Of a stretch of 64,000 nt of DNA, positions 54,175-64,000 are shown one piece after another. The DNA is taken from positions 434,001 to 498,000 of the forward strand of contig OZ234494.1 in the NCBI GenBank assembly GCA_965153455.1, read 5' to 3'. Numbering within the stretch: the stretch's first letter is position 1; the number at the start of each line of letters is the position of its first letter. Below the pieces are notes generated by a model, which ran no database searches, had not been told where the DNA came from, and worked only from the letters and a program-made list of their open reading frames with translations. Origin of the DNA: Sphagnum compactum (lineage: Eukaryota). Made by a program: the position numbers and the translations under genes.

Positions 54175-57100
54175 TGGTTGGTGTAGGAACAAGGAGATAG
54201 GGGCTGCCTTCTTAAAAAAGGGGGAAAACTCATAAACTAAGGGGGGCTGTCCCATGTGAGGAATGAGAGAGTGTGTGTCTGAAAAGATTGTTTTTTGTGT
54301 AAGGTAGAAACTTTTGGAGGTGTTGTAGAGCTGTGTGGCAATGGGGGACTATAAGGACACTAATATTAGGAGATAGTTAGGAGCAAGCTTTGGGAGTATT
54401 TGAACTTTAGGCAATAGATTATACCTTTTTCTTAAAGGTGTGAGGAATGTGTGTGCAAAAACTTGGTGGATTGTATGAGAATTGATGTTGAGGGTGGAAG
54501 GGGTATGACTAGATTAGGGTTGCAGTTGGTTAAATGAGTTAAGAAAAGGAGCGAATAGAAAAAGAAAGGTCCGCTCTCCAAAATAGCCAGGAAAAGGAAA
54601 ATTATAATCAAGAAACCTAAAGAAAAGGAGTTGTTAGAAGAAGAAGTGGGGTTGTTGTGTGCAACAAACAAGAAAAGGAACTATAACTAAAAGATGAGGA
54701 AAATAGTTCTTGGGAGAAGGGGGGTTGCTTTGGAATTAGTTGGAACTTATTAAGGTAGAACAAAGGAGTAAAGGGAATAGAAGTTGAGTGATAAAGTGTT
54801 ACTCCTCCCTTTGACAACATCTAAGGTGGTAAGGGGGGAGGACCCAGGTTAAAGTGTTAATGACATGCTAACTTTTGCATTTAACATGGCTAACCTTAGC
54901 CCACTTGTCAAGTTGGCCTAGGCCACTTATCTAGGCCATCTAAGGCTAAGGTAGCATAGGTAGCCAAGGTTGCAAGCATGAGGACTTGAATTCTTCACCT
55001 CCATTTTGCAAAATCAAAACTTTACCATTGTACCACCACTTCAAAAGATGAAACTTTTTGTCATCATATTGTAATGAACTTGATTGATTTCTTTTTGTTT
55101 TGATGTATATATTGTAATATTAATCAATGAACTTTAATTTTGTTACATTACTTATGTAGGTAGGAGGTTATGCCATGTACTTATGTACCTATTATTAAGT
55201 ACTATGTATTCAGGTATATTTTACATGTACCTAATATGTGCCTAGGTAGCAAGTAGATACCTAGGCCTAGTAGGTTTACCTACATGTTATTAGTTTATTT
55301 TAAAATAATTAACAATGTTAATTATCTATTATCAATTAATTGAATGATTAACTAGTTATTGGCTATTAATTAGCATTTGATTAATGACTAATTAAATTAT
55401 TAATAACTATATATATTAAGTATAAATATTCACTATTAAAATTTTAAATATTAGTTATCAGTTATTAATTGAATAGTTAGTTAAAATGACAATCCAATAC
55501 TTAATTAAAATATTAAAAGTAAATTATTGAATATTAATCATTAATTATTAAATATCAACTAGTTAATGTAATAAGCCTTAGGTACCTACATGTGCTTCAA
55601 GGTAGCATGTATGTAACCTTTTAGGCTTTACAAATACCTATTAGGTTTAATATGCCTATGCATAGCTAAACTTAGTTATAATAAACTTAGGTATTCTACT
55701 ACGTACATAATCTAGGCCTAAACTAACATATTAGCTATGAATTTAAGTTAAATGGGTATCCTAGACCTAACAAACCTATAAATTAAGTAGCCAAAGTAAC
55801 ATGGCTGATTTGACGAAATGTCAAATTAGAATGACCAATTTGATCAAATGGCAAATCACAATGGTCAATTTGATTAAGTCCCCACTATTGAGTTTGGTTG
55901 ATATGATTAGACCTTGGTCATCTTGAAGGACCTTTGTCCCTTTTGATTACATGTTTGGTTTGTCACATAATCATAAAATATCACTTTAATCAAATGTCTT
56001 AATCAAAAGTAATTCGTGTCTTTCATGCTCTAGGCTTTTAATCAAAATGGTCATCCTGCTGGTCAATGTGGACATTTTAATCAAGTTAGACCAAATTTTA
56101 TGCATTTATTAAAATCAAATCATTAATCCCAAAATTGTGAAGGGAGACCTTATTAGACAATTTTAAAAAATGCCATTTGATGATTTCATGTGATTTGTAT
56201 TACAAAATATTGAATGAAAAAGAAGCTTTGCTTATTTGATGAACAACAAGGTCAAATCAACCAAAAGAAGAAGAAGCAAAAAAAAGTAAAAAAGTTAAAA
56301 AAATATACAAAAAAACAAAAGGAGGAGGATGAGGATTTAAGGATGACCTAGGGAGGTTTGGATGTGATGGTGTCAATGGATTATAGTTTTCATAAGCACA
56401 CATTCTTCCTTGTTTCCAATGTCAGTATATGATCCTTACAAGTTCAATCCTAAAAAACAATTTGAAAATGGAGCATCAAGGATAGTAGCCTAACTCTGCT
56501 CAAATTAAGAGTATAACCTCCAAAAATCGAACCTCTAACCTCTATAGGCCTTAGAATACATTAAACCTAATTGAAATAACAAGCCATATGTAGCATGCCA
56601 TGACCAATTCTGACATACCTTTGAGAATCTCTACATTTAATTGTGAGCAACTAGTTATGTGCTTTGGATGTACCTATAACTCATGAAGCTTAAACTACTT
56701 TGTAAGTTTCTACTAAAGATGCAAAGAAATGAAGAATGCACACAAAATCAAAATGTGAACAAACTTAATTCTTACAACAAACTCCTTAACATTAAATAGT
56801 TAGAATCAGATGGCATTTTATGTCACTAGAGGAAGATCAAACACCTTCGCTAATATTTAAAGAAATCTACCAATAAATTTGTAAATCCTCCCATATCTAT
56901 AGGGTTGGAACTTAAAGCTTTGTTGCTCCTTCCACAATTGAAAACAAGTTATCAATGTAAGTGTGACAACTCTTGCTAAATGAAGGCAGAACCTTTGCAA
57001 TAAACCCTATTGTTAAATCGAATCCCTTGCAATTCAGAAAACTTGTGAGAAGGAAGCAGGTTGTGAGAAAAAATGAAAACATAACGAGAACCTGTAAATC

Positions 57101-57853
57101 CTAATTAGTATGAAGGTATGACTCCAACAATATGGTAATGATGAACAAGATTTGGATGTTCCTATGTAAATCTCCCCATTGTAGGAGGTGGCAATGAACC
57201 ATTATTACTTGATGCAAATGTGGTAATTTGGAAATCAAATTTCTACTTTTTTTGGCAAAAATTTCAAAACATTTATTTATTTTCCTTTACATGAGAAATG
57301 GGGGCGCATTGGATTTCACATTTGAGTGACATTTAACACAAAACAATAGAGATTGGCAACAACAAGTTTTCCAAGTTTTCTCCAATTATTTTCCAGAAAA
57401 ATAGTGAAAAATTTGTCACAGAAAAAAACCAGCACCTATTGTGCACTAAGTTGGCCATCACACTCTTAATACATTGTGAATTTCCTTAGACGTAATTAGA
57501 AAATTGTTTGATTTTGTGTATTTACTAGATGGGGCCTTTGTTCAACAACAAAACCAACACATCCAGAAGAAAGACCATTATGGTGAATGACCAGTCGGAA
57601 TTGTCACTCAACAAAGATTCTGCATTCCACCAATAACACAACTGGCACATAGAAAACACTATGAAGTGTGTAGCAAATAGTTTACAAAGATCCTAATGAT
57701 GTGAAAAATTTATTATATATATTAAAGGACGCCAGAAGCTTCCCGTCATCCAATCAAACGAACATTTCATCCATCCTGTCATCCGTCTATTTAAGCCGAA
57801 CTGACATTTCATGCATCCCGTCATCCTTCTATTTAAAAATAGAAGCATGCCAA

Positions 57854-58235
57854 CTAGTGTAAACCCGGTGCATAATGCACCCATCGAGCTACCCCCCGCC
57901 CGGTCCTTCCCATTGCCCACTCCGATTCTTTAGCTCGTCGACCCCCCCGTCCTTCGCATTTTTCACTCCGATTCTTTAACCCGTTGATTCCCCCTCCCCC
58001 CCCGGTTCCATAATTATATATATATAATTATATATAATTAACTTCCCGCCCCGTGCTGCCCCCCCCGTGTTGGCACCCCCTCCGCCCCGTTACTAAGCCC
58101 TGTCATAAAAAATGCATTGCCCGGTTCTGCCATAGAAAATGTAGAGGCCGGTTCTATCATAGAATTGCAGCAGAATTGTCGTGTCAGACAGATGCATAGA
58201 CAGACTTACTAAATTAATATATAATATATAATAGA
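57854..58235 (-). mobile_element. Small nested Helitron-like element in the opposite orientation
   Basis: On the minus strand it starts TCTATTATATATTATATATT (58235) and ends with hairpin GGTGCA-TTA-TGCACC then GGGTTTACACTAG|T (57854). Confidence 0.65.
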
Positions 58236-58577
58236 AGCATGCCAATTAGGGTCTCTCTGCATCCACACGGAGACATGGGGGAGAGCCCCACCATCCGCTC
58301 TATCTTCTTGCCTCAGCTTTTCCACCTCCTCAAAAAGCTGTTGCCAATCCGTGTCCGTGTTCATTTCCACTACTTCCTGCCCTTCTCGAGGCGTATGGCT
58401 GTTGTTGGCTAATTTGCTTTGCACTAGCAGCTTCACCTCTCTGGGCGTACTCTTCCCCGTCCTCACTCTCAAAGACGCATACTTCATCAACTTCTGCTCC
58501 ACCTTCACTACTCTCGCCATCTGCTCCTTCTTCTTCTGCTGATCATCCCCCGCCTGCTGCTTCTGATCATCATCCAT
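58209..58577 (-). pseudogene. Unidentified gene-like ORF fragment (122 aa) inside the first Helitron
   Basis: MDDDQKQQAGDDQQKKKEQMARVVKVEQKLMKYASLRVRTGKSTPRE... has protein-like composition. Its last codons (IIYYILI*) are read from the nested Helitron 5' end, which suggests truncation. Confidence 0.45.
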
Positions 58578-59625
58578 GTCTCTCACCTGCAGCTGTGATC
58601 CCGCAATTCTCACAGCTTAGATTAAATCTTGAAGAATTTCTCAAACTCTCCAATTGGTTTCTCCAAATTATATATATATATATATACCCCCCACAGTCGA
58701 TCGATCACATATCACTACCACAAATTAAATACTTCCAAAACCTCTGAGTTTGGCACTAGAATCAATCAAGTGCATCGAGATGATGATCTCTGCTGCTGCT
58801 GCTGAGGTATATATCTACTGCTGGAGATCTACAAAAGAAAGTAACTAGACAGAGATGGATCGATCTTGCAATCTGCTGATGTGCTTGAATGTGCGTGATC
58901 AGATCAAAGCTTGAGCAGTTGAAGAGGAAGTGAGCTCTTGTGCAACAACGCCGGGGGAGGGGCTGGCTGGATGGATCGATGATGACGACGACGACGACGA
59001 CGACGGAGGTGCAGTAGCACGCGTAAACAAAATGTGCACGTTAATACAAAACTTAGAGCTGCCGCATTCTGACTCCCGAGGCAGTGTTTTTTTCTTTTTT
59101 TTAAAATGATTTTTTAATGTAGCCTAAATGGCGATCAGCCAATAGGACCATATAAGAAAAATTGGCAATCATCCTCATGAATATTCAGCAGCCAAATCTG
59201 GCTATAAACCAAATATGAAATACTAATTTTTGAATCAACCTTCTAGGCTATATTTATGTCTACACCACTGAAAACCGGATTCTATTGGAATCTGGCAATT
59301 TGGACAAAAGAAAAATTTCTCACTTCTGGTGATGAAAACCCTCCAAAATAACTGTATTTTCTAATTTTTGAAAATATTATTTCTTTTTTTGGCTTCATTT
59401 CGCCAGTAAAAATTCATCCGTGATCATCAAACTGTATGTATGTTGCTATTTCACGGGTCACAAGAAGTGCAAACATCAAGATTTTTCAACGGCCAGGGTC
59501 CAGATGGATACATGCGGAATGTCGTATATAAAGAGGTGTTGAAAATGTAGTTTGTAATTGTAATTTTGTAATATGTACTATCAAATGCACACACACCTGT
59601 GCATTAGGCACGGGGTTCAGACTAG

Positions 59626-61866
59626 TATATATTAAAGGATGTCAGAAGCTTCCCCTTAATCCGTCCCGTCATCCGTCTCATCATCCAACCGGACAGACAT
59701 TTCATTCATCTCGTCATCCGTCTATTTAAGCCGGACGAACATTTCATGCATCCCGTCATCCATCTATTACCGAACGGACATTTCATCCATCCCATCATCT
59801 GTCTAAAGCCATCATCCACTGCAAATATGGAGGCGAAAGCTTCTATGGCCATGAGCAGAATGTCTACAAACGTTAGCTTCGAGTCGCCTGAACAGGATGA
59901 TGTTCCAAGTGGCAGAGGGGGGTTCACTTCTGAAGATGGTATTCTGGGTCGCCTTCAGCCCTCTTCGAAAGATATAGAATCTAAGGGTATGGTTCCTGAG
60001 GAGCCAAGGGTTTCTAGCAGAAAGATCAAAGTAGCACAGGCCAAGGCAATTGCTTTGTCAGATGGAAAGCTTGCCAAACAAAGTGTTCTCAAGCTATCAT
60101 CCACTGCAAATATGGAGGCAAAAGCTTCTATGGCCATGAGCAGAATGTCTACAGACGTTAGCTTCGAGTCGCCTGAACAGGATGATGTTCCAAGTGGCAG
60201 AGGAGGGAAATTAAAAACTAGCGAAGAACTGCTTGACACCAAGACCATTAGAACAACATCACCTGAAGACACAAGTCTGCAGCCAGCTGGTCATAAGAGT
60301 CGCAAATTCCCTGCAGTTCGCATGGTTCGAACTCGCATTTATGATTCTGAGAACGGGCAAACATTTCCTTCTGCACCAGGTGACATTTCCTTCAAGCACC
60401 AGGTGACATTTCCTTCTGCCGTAATGAACCAGGAAATTGGTACCTTGGGAAGAGACTTGGTCATGGTGCTTGGCAGTTGACATAGTGACGCGGAGTTTCT
60501 TCTGCTGGATTGAACTCAGAATATATCTGTTCATTTATGCAAGCTAGAGTTGCTTGATATGTATCTCATTGAAGACCACGCTTTCTAACAGATTGAGACA
60601 TAGAAAACATATTGATTCAATGAGAACTGGTGGCAGTGCCGGCAGAAAACGCTGGAGTTCATGGCAGTTTGCAGGAGCAAAAATTGCACGCAAAAGTTTT
60701 GTCCCAAGTGCCTGTTCAACAGGTCTGTTTATTTCTTCTTCTGGGCTTCTATTGTTGGCTGAGTCAGTGGTCCTGTCCAGCAACCCTAAATGTTGGAAAA
60801 CTTCTAGAGCATTAATGCAAGGATTGTGTTAAACAGTTTGGATTCTTCTAATGTCTTAGATATTACTCATCTCAACATTCTGACGCTGGACTCTGCCACT
60901 GTGGACAAATTAGCAGATACAAAGACCTAATGAGTGCTTCATTTTGAATGTGAAGGTATGGTGAAATGGTGGGAGATTCTGCTTCCAATGAGTCTTGGTG
61001 CTGCCCCCGCTGTAGAGGAAACTGCAATTGCAGTATATGCATGTGAGTATGTTGGGTTTTGACATATGATGGTATATGCTAGCTGTTGGATTTGAGGTCG
61101 CTTACAATATGTACCAGCATTGGATTGTTTGGACTTGAGCAACAACGAGCTGAGCATGCAGGGGGGCCATTAGACCCGCGCCCCATTTCTGCTCTTCTCT
61201 ACTGTCTCCCAAACTTGACACTGACACCAAGATTCTTCTTCTTCTTTGTTTCTTTGTTTCTTTTTTCTTCTTCTTTTTCGCATTAACTACCCTGAAACCA
61301 AACCCTGAACCTGCCCAAACCCTGAACCGACCAAAACAAAGGCGCAAGCCGAGGTGCAAGAACGTAACAGTGGACACAGCACACTCTTTGGCAGCCAAGC
61401 ACACGAAACAACGGAACAGGATACGACGATAACGACCTATTGGGTTCTTACAAAAGATGAAGGAGAAGCAACGAGGAGGAGGTGTAGACCAAAGGATGCC
61501 ATCGCCATCGCTGCCGCTGCAAGCAAAGCTTCCAGGAGGCAGGAGGGGTGGAAGCGCGCACTGACGTAGGCGACAAGGCAGCCAAAACGGTGCGATGCAT
61601 GGGAGGGAATAGAATCGACCGGGCTGGAACCGGGCGAACAGGCGGCCCTTGAGAGCGACTGTTTTGTTTGGCTATGTGAAACCGTGCGAACGCCGTTATT
61701 TTGGAAATGTAGTTTGTAGTAATATGTACCGTCAAATACACACACACCTGTGCATTAGGCATGGGGTTCACCATGGAATTGTGCCTGTTCTACCCCCAAG
61801 AAACATCAGTTTATTTAATGTTGATTTATTTACACACCTGTGCATTAGGCACGGGGTTCAAACTAG
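59626..61866 (+). mobile_element. Non-autonomous Helitron (second unit) carrying a captured gene fragment
   Basis: Begins TATATATTAAAGGATGTCAGAAGCTTCCC directly after the first unit's CTAG. Ends ACACACCTGTGCATTAGGCACGGGGTTCAAACTAG|T at 61866. A further hairpin copy lacking CTAG lies at 61742-61770. Confidence 0.8.
59827..61042 (+). pseudogene. Helitron-captured CDCA7-family fragment (zf-4CXXC_R1 domain); exons to 60402, 60637-60722, 60956-61042
   Basis: Spliced translation KFPAVRMVRTRIYDSENGQT-[FPSAPGDISFK]-HQ|CRQKTLEFMAVCRSKNCTQKFCPKCLFNR|YGEMVGDSASNESWCCPRCRGNCNCSIC matches the RIYD.xxGxTCHQCRQKT...FCxxCLxNRYGE...WxCPxCRGxCNCSxC signature. Downstream exons are absent. Confidence 0.85.
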
Positions 61867-61934
61867 TCTCTCCCAAATGCCAATTATGTAAGATAATGGC
61901 CATTTGTCAGGTGCCAATTATGTCATCCAAAGTT

Positions 61935-63012
61935 AATATCATTCATATGAATGTTGCATGCAAAAGTATCATCCATATCATTGGTGCTCAAAATTATCAT
62001 CCAAAGTAATCATTCATATCAATGGTGCTCAAAATTATCATCCAAAGTAATCTTTCATATATCAATGGTGCTCAAAATTATCATCCAAAGTAATCATTCA
62101 TATCAATGGTGCTCAAAATTCTCATCCAAAGTAATCATTCATATCAATGGTGCTCAACATTATCATCCAAAGTTATCACTCATATCAACAGTGCTTGAAA
62201 ATGATCATCCAAAGTTATCATTCATAACAACGGTGCTTGAAAATGATCATCCAAAGTTATCATTCATAACAACGGTGCTTGAAAATGATCATCCAAAGAT
62301 ATCATTCATATCAACAGTGCTTGAAAATGATCATCCAAAGTTATCATTCATATCAACGGTGCTTGAAAATGATCATCCAAAGATATCATTCATATCAACA
62401 GTGCATCGAAAATGATCATCCAAAGTTATCATTCATATCAACGGTGCTTGAAAGTGATCACCAAAGATATCATTCATATCAACAGTGCATTGAAAATGAT
62501 CATCCAAAGTTAGCATTCATATCAACGGTGCTCGAAAATGATCATCCAAAGTTATCATTCATATCAATGGGGCTAAAACTTTATCATCCAAAGTAATCAT
62601 TCCTATCAATCATGCTAAAAGTTTATCATCCATATCAATGGCGCTCGAAAATTATCATCCAAAGTTACCATTCATATCAACAACACTAAAAAATGATCAT
62701 CCAAAGTTATCATTCATATCAATGGTGCTTGAAAATGATCATCCAAAATGATCATTCACATCAACAGCGCTTGGAAACTCTCATCCAAAGTTATCATTCA
62801 TATCAATAGTGCTAAAAATTTATCATCCAAAGTTATCATTCATATCCATGGTGCTGGAAGATTATCATCTATAGCCATGGTGGTCAAAATCATCATCCAC
62901 ATCAAATGGTGCTCAGAAATTTATCATCTTCATCAATAAATTTATCATCCACATCAATGGTGCACAGAAAAGTGTATCATCCAAATTTATCATCCACAGC
63001 AATGGTGCTCAA
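61935..63012. repeat. ~41-42-bp minisatellite, about 25 copies
   Basis: Tandem variants of atcattcatatcaatggtgctcaaaattatcatccaaagta and atcattcatatcaacggtgcttgaaaatgatcatccaaagtt, homogeneous in the centre and degenerate at both ends. Confidence 0.95.
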
Positions 63013-63179
63013 GCTGCGTATCAAGAGAGCTCTCTCTGCTGCGTAGAGCCCTGGAGCTTAAGCTCGCAAGAGAAGAGTCCGGCTGACGCTTCTTCCCTTG
63101 TGATGATTCTCTGAGTGCCTGAGCATCGGATTCCTTTCCTTCCTTCCGTCGCCTCCGCCGGACGGTCCGAGTGTGAAAA

Positions 63180-63343
63180 ATGAGGATTCCTGAGGAGGAG
63201 AACTCCAAGGAGTACGGGGAGGAAGGCGATCTCATGATCATGGGCGTGCAGAAGCCGGACGTTTTCACCAAAGTGGACAATATGTCGGTTGTGGGCTTGG
63301 TGGAGACGACGAACCCGCCGCCTCGGAAATGGGTCAAGCATTG
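63180..63343 (+). CDS. Probable first coding exon of an unidentified gene continuing beyond the window
   Basis: A CT-rich leader is followed by AAAAATGA and a GC3-rich frame MRIPEEENSKEYGEEGDLMIMGVQKPDVFTKVDNMSVVGLVETTNPPPRKWVKH, then a TG|GTAAAA donor and T-rich intron-like sequence. Confidence 0.45.
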
Positions 63344-64000
63344 GTAAAATCTGTTGCTGTTGGTCTTCTTCTTCTCCTCCTTTTCTTTTCGCAGACGAAT
63401 TTTGTGGTCGCTGGAAGACAGGGTTCTTGGTTGAGAAGATGTTTGTGGGTAGAGCAGAAAACACAGATTTTGTGAATAACATTAGTAGTGAAGAAAGAAA
63501 TGTGGGATGAAAGATGTAGCTTTGATGGAGCATGATGGATCTCGAGAATTGAAATCAAAGAAGTACATGGGAAAAGATGCATTTAACTGCTGGCTCATCG
63601 GAACTAATTGCTTGATTTTTCTTGCGATTTTTTTCTGGGCTGTGGAGGAGCAACCCCATTAAGACTCTTCTTACAACACTGTCACCACATGCAATCCTTC
63701 TGTGAAGATGATGAAAGATTATCACTTTCGGTAGATTGATAATCAGCTTGAGAAATGTGTTTTTGGGTAGCTTGGTCCAGGTTCTCAAGAACTGAGGCGC
63801 TGGTTCCATCACATGGCAACTTTAGGGTTTCTGGAAGTGTGAGTTTAGGTATCTCAGGCATAGTGAAAATCGAAAACTTTTGCTCCTGAACCCTTGATTG
63901 GCTGTAGTTTTTTCTTTTGTAAGGGTGTAAACGGTTTTTGGTCCTCAAGCAACTATGAAGCTTGGCCAACAGTGTTGCTCCTCATCTTATAGAATCCCCT

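Larger units (their letters stand above)
57713..59625 (+). mobile_element. Non-autonomous Helitron (first unit of a head-to-tail pair)
   Basis: The 5' end TTATATATATTAAAGGACGCCAGAAGCTTCCC is shared with 59626. The 3' end is hairpin CCTGTGC-ATTAG-GCACGGG followed by CTAG at 59622-59625. The 5' dinucleotide is TT rather than the canonical TC. Confidence 0.75.

Noticed and set aside
61951-62596. ORFs with repeated LENDHPKLSFISTV
   Set aside because: They arise from the 42-bp satellite unit and show no gene structure.
63180-63343. KWVKH similarity to the start of BMT5/DUF2431-type proteins
   Set aside because: The match is too short and the diagnostic downstream motif is not in the window, so no product was assigned.

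Overview
Eukaryotic, intron-rich land-plant nuclear DNA. TTTAGGG teloboxes and plant-specific PLATZ and DCD domains show it is a plant; the repeat style suggests a moss such as Sphagnum, which is inference only. I built five spliced genes by hand from GT-AG junctions with consistent reading phase. They are a 10-exon ABCG half-transporter (4637-9233, +), Mediator subunit MED11 (10678-12485, +), a 19-exon ~1750-aa protein (27379-15698, -), an RSRC2-like SMAP-domain protein (39973-43925, +) and a divergent PLATZ gene (47572-46281, -). A possible sixth gene starts at 63180. The 19-exon protein is the most notable: it appears to combine a TTC3/DZIP3-type Cys/His domain, an RRM, a DCD domain and a C-terminal C3HC4 RING, suggesting an RNA-binding E3 ligase of unusual architecture. 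Intergenic DNA is rich in transposons. It includes a 7.85-kb Mutator-like element with a perfect 9-bp target-site duplication, carrying a hairpin array and a decayed zinc-finger gene. There are also several non-autonomous Helitrons, among them a head-to-tail pair in which one carries a spliceable CDCA7 (zf-4CXXC_R1) fragment. A MITE, LTR-like remnants and several minisatellites are also present. No rRNA, tRNA or CRISPR was found. Domain calls come from motif recognition, not database searches.
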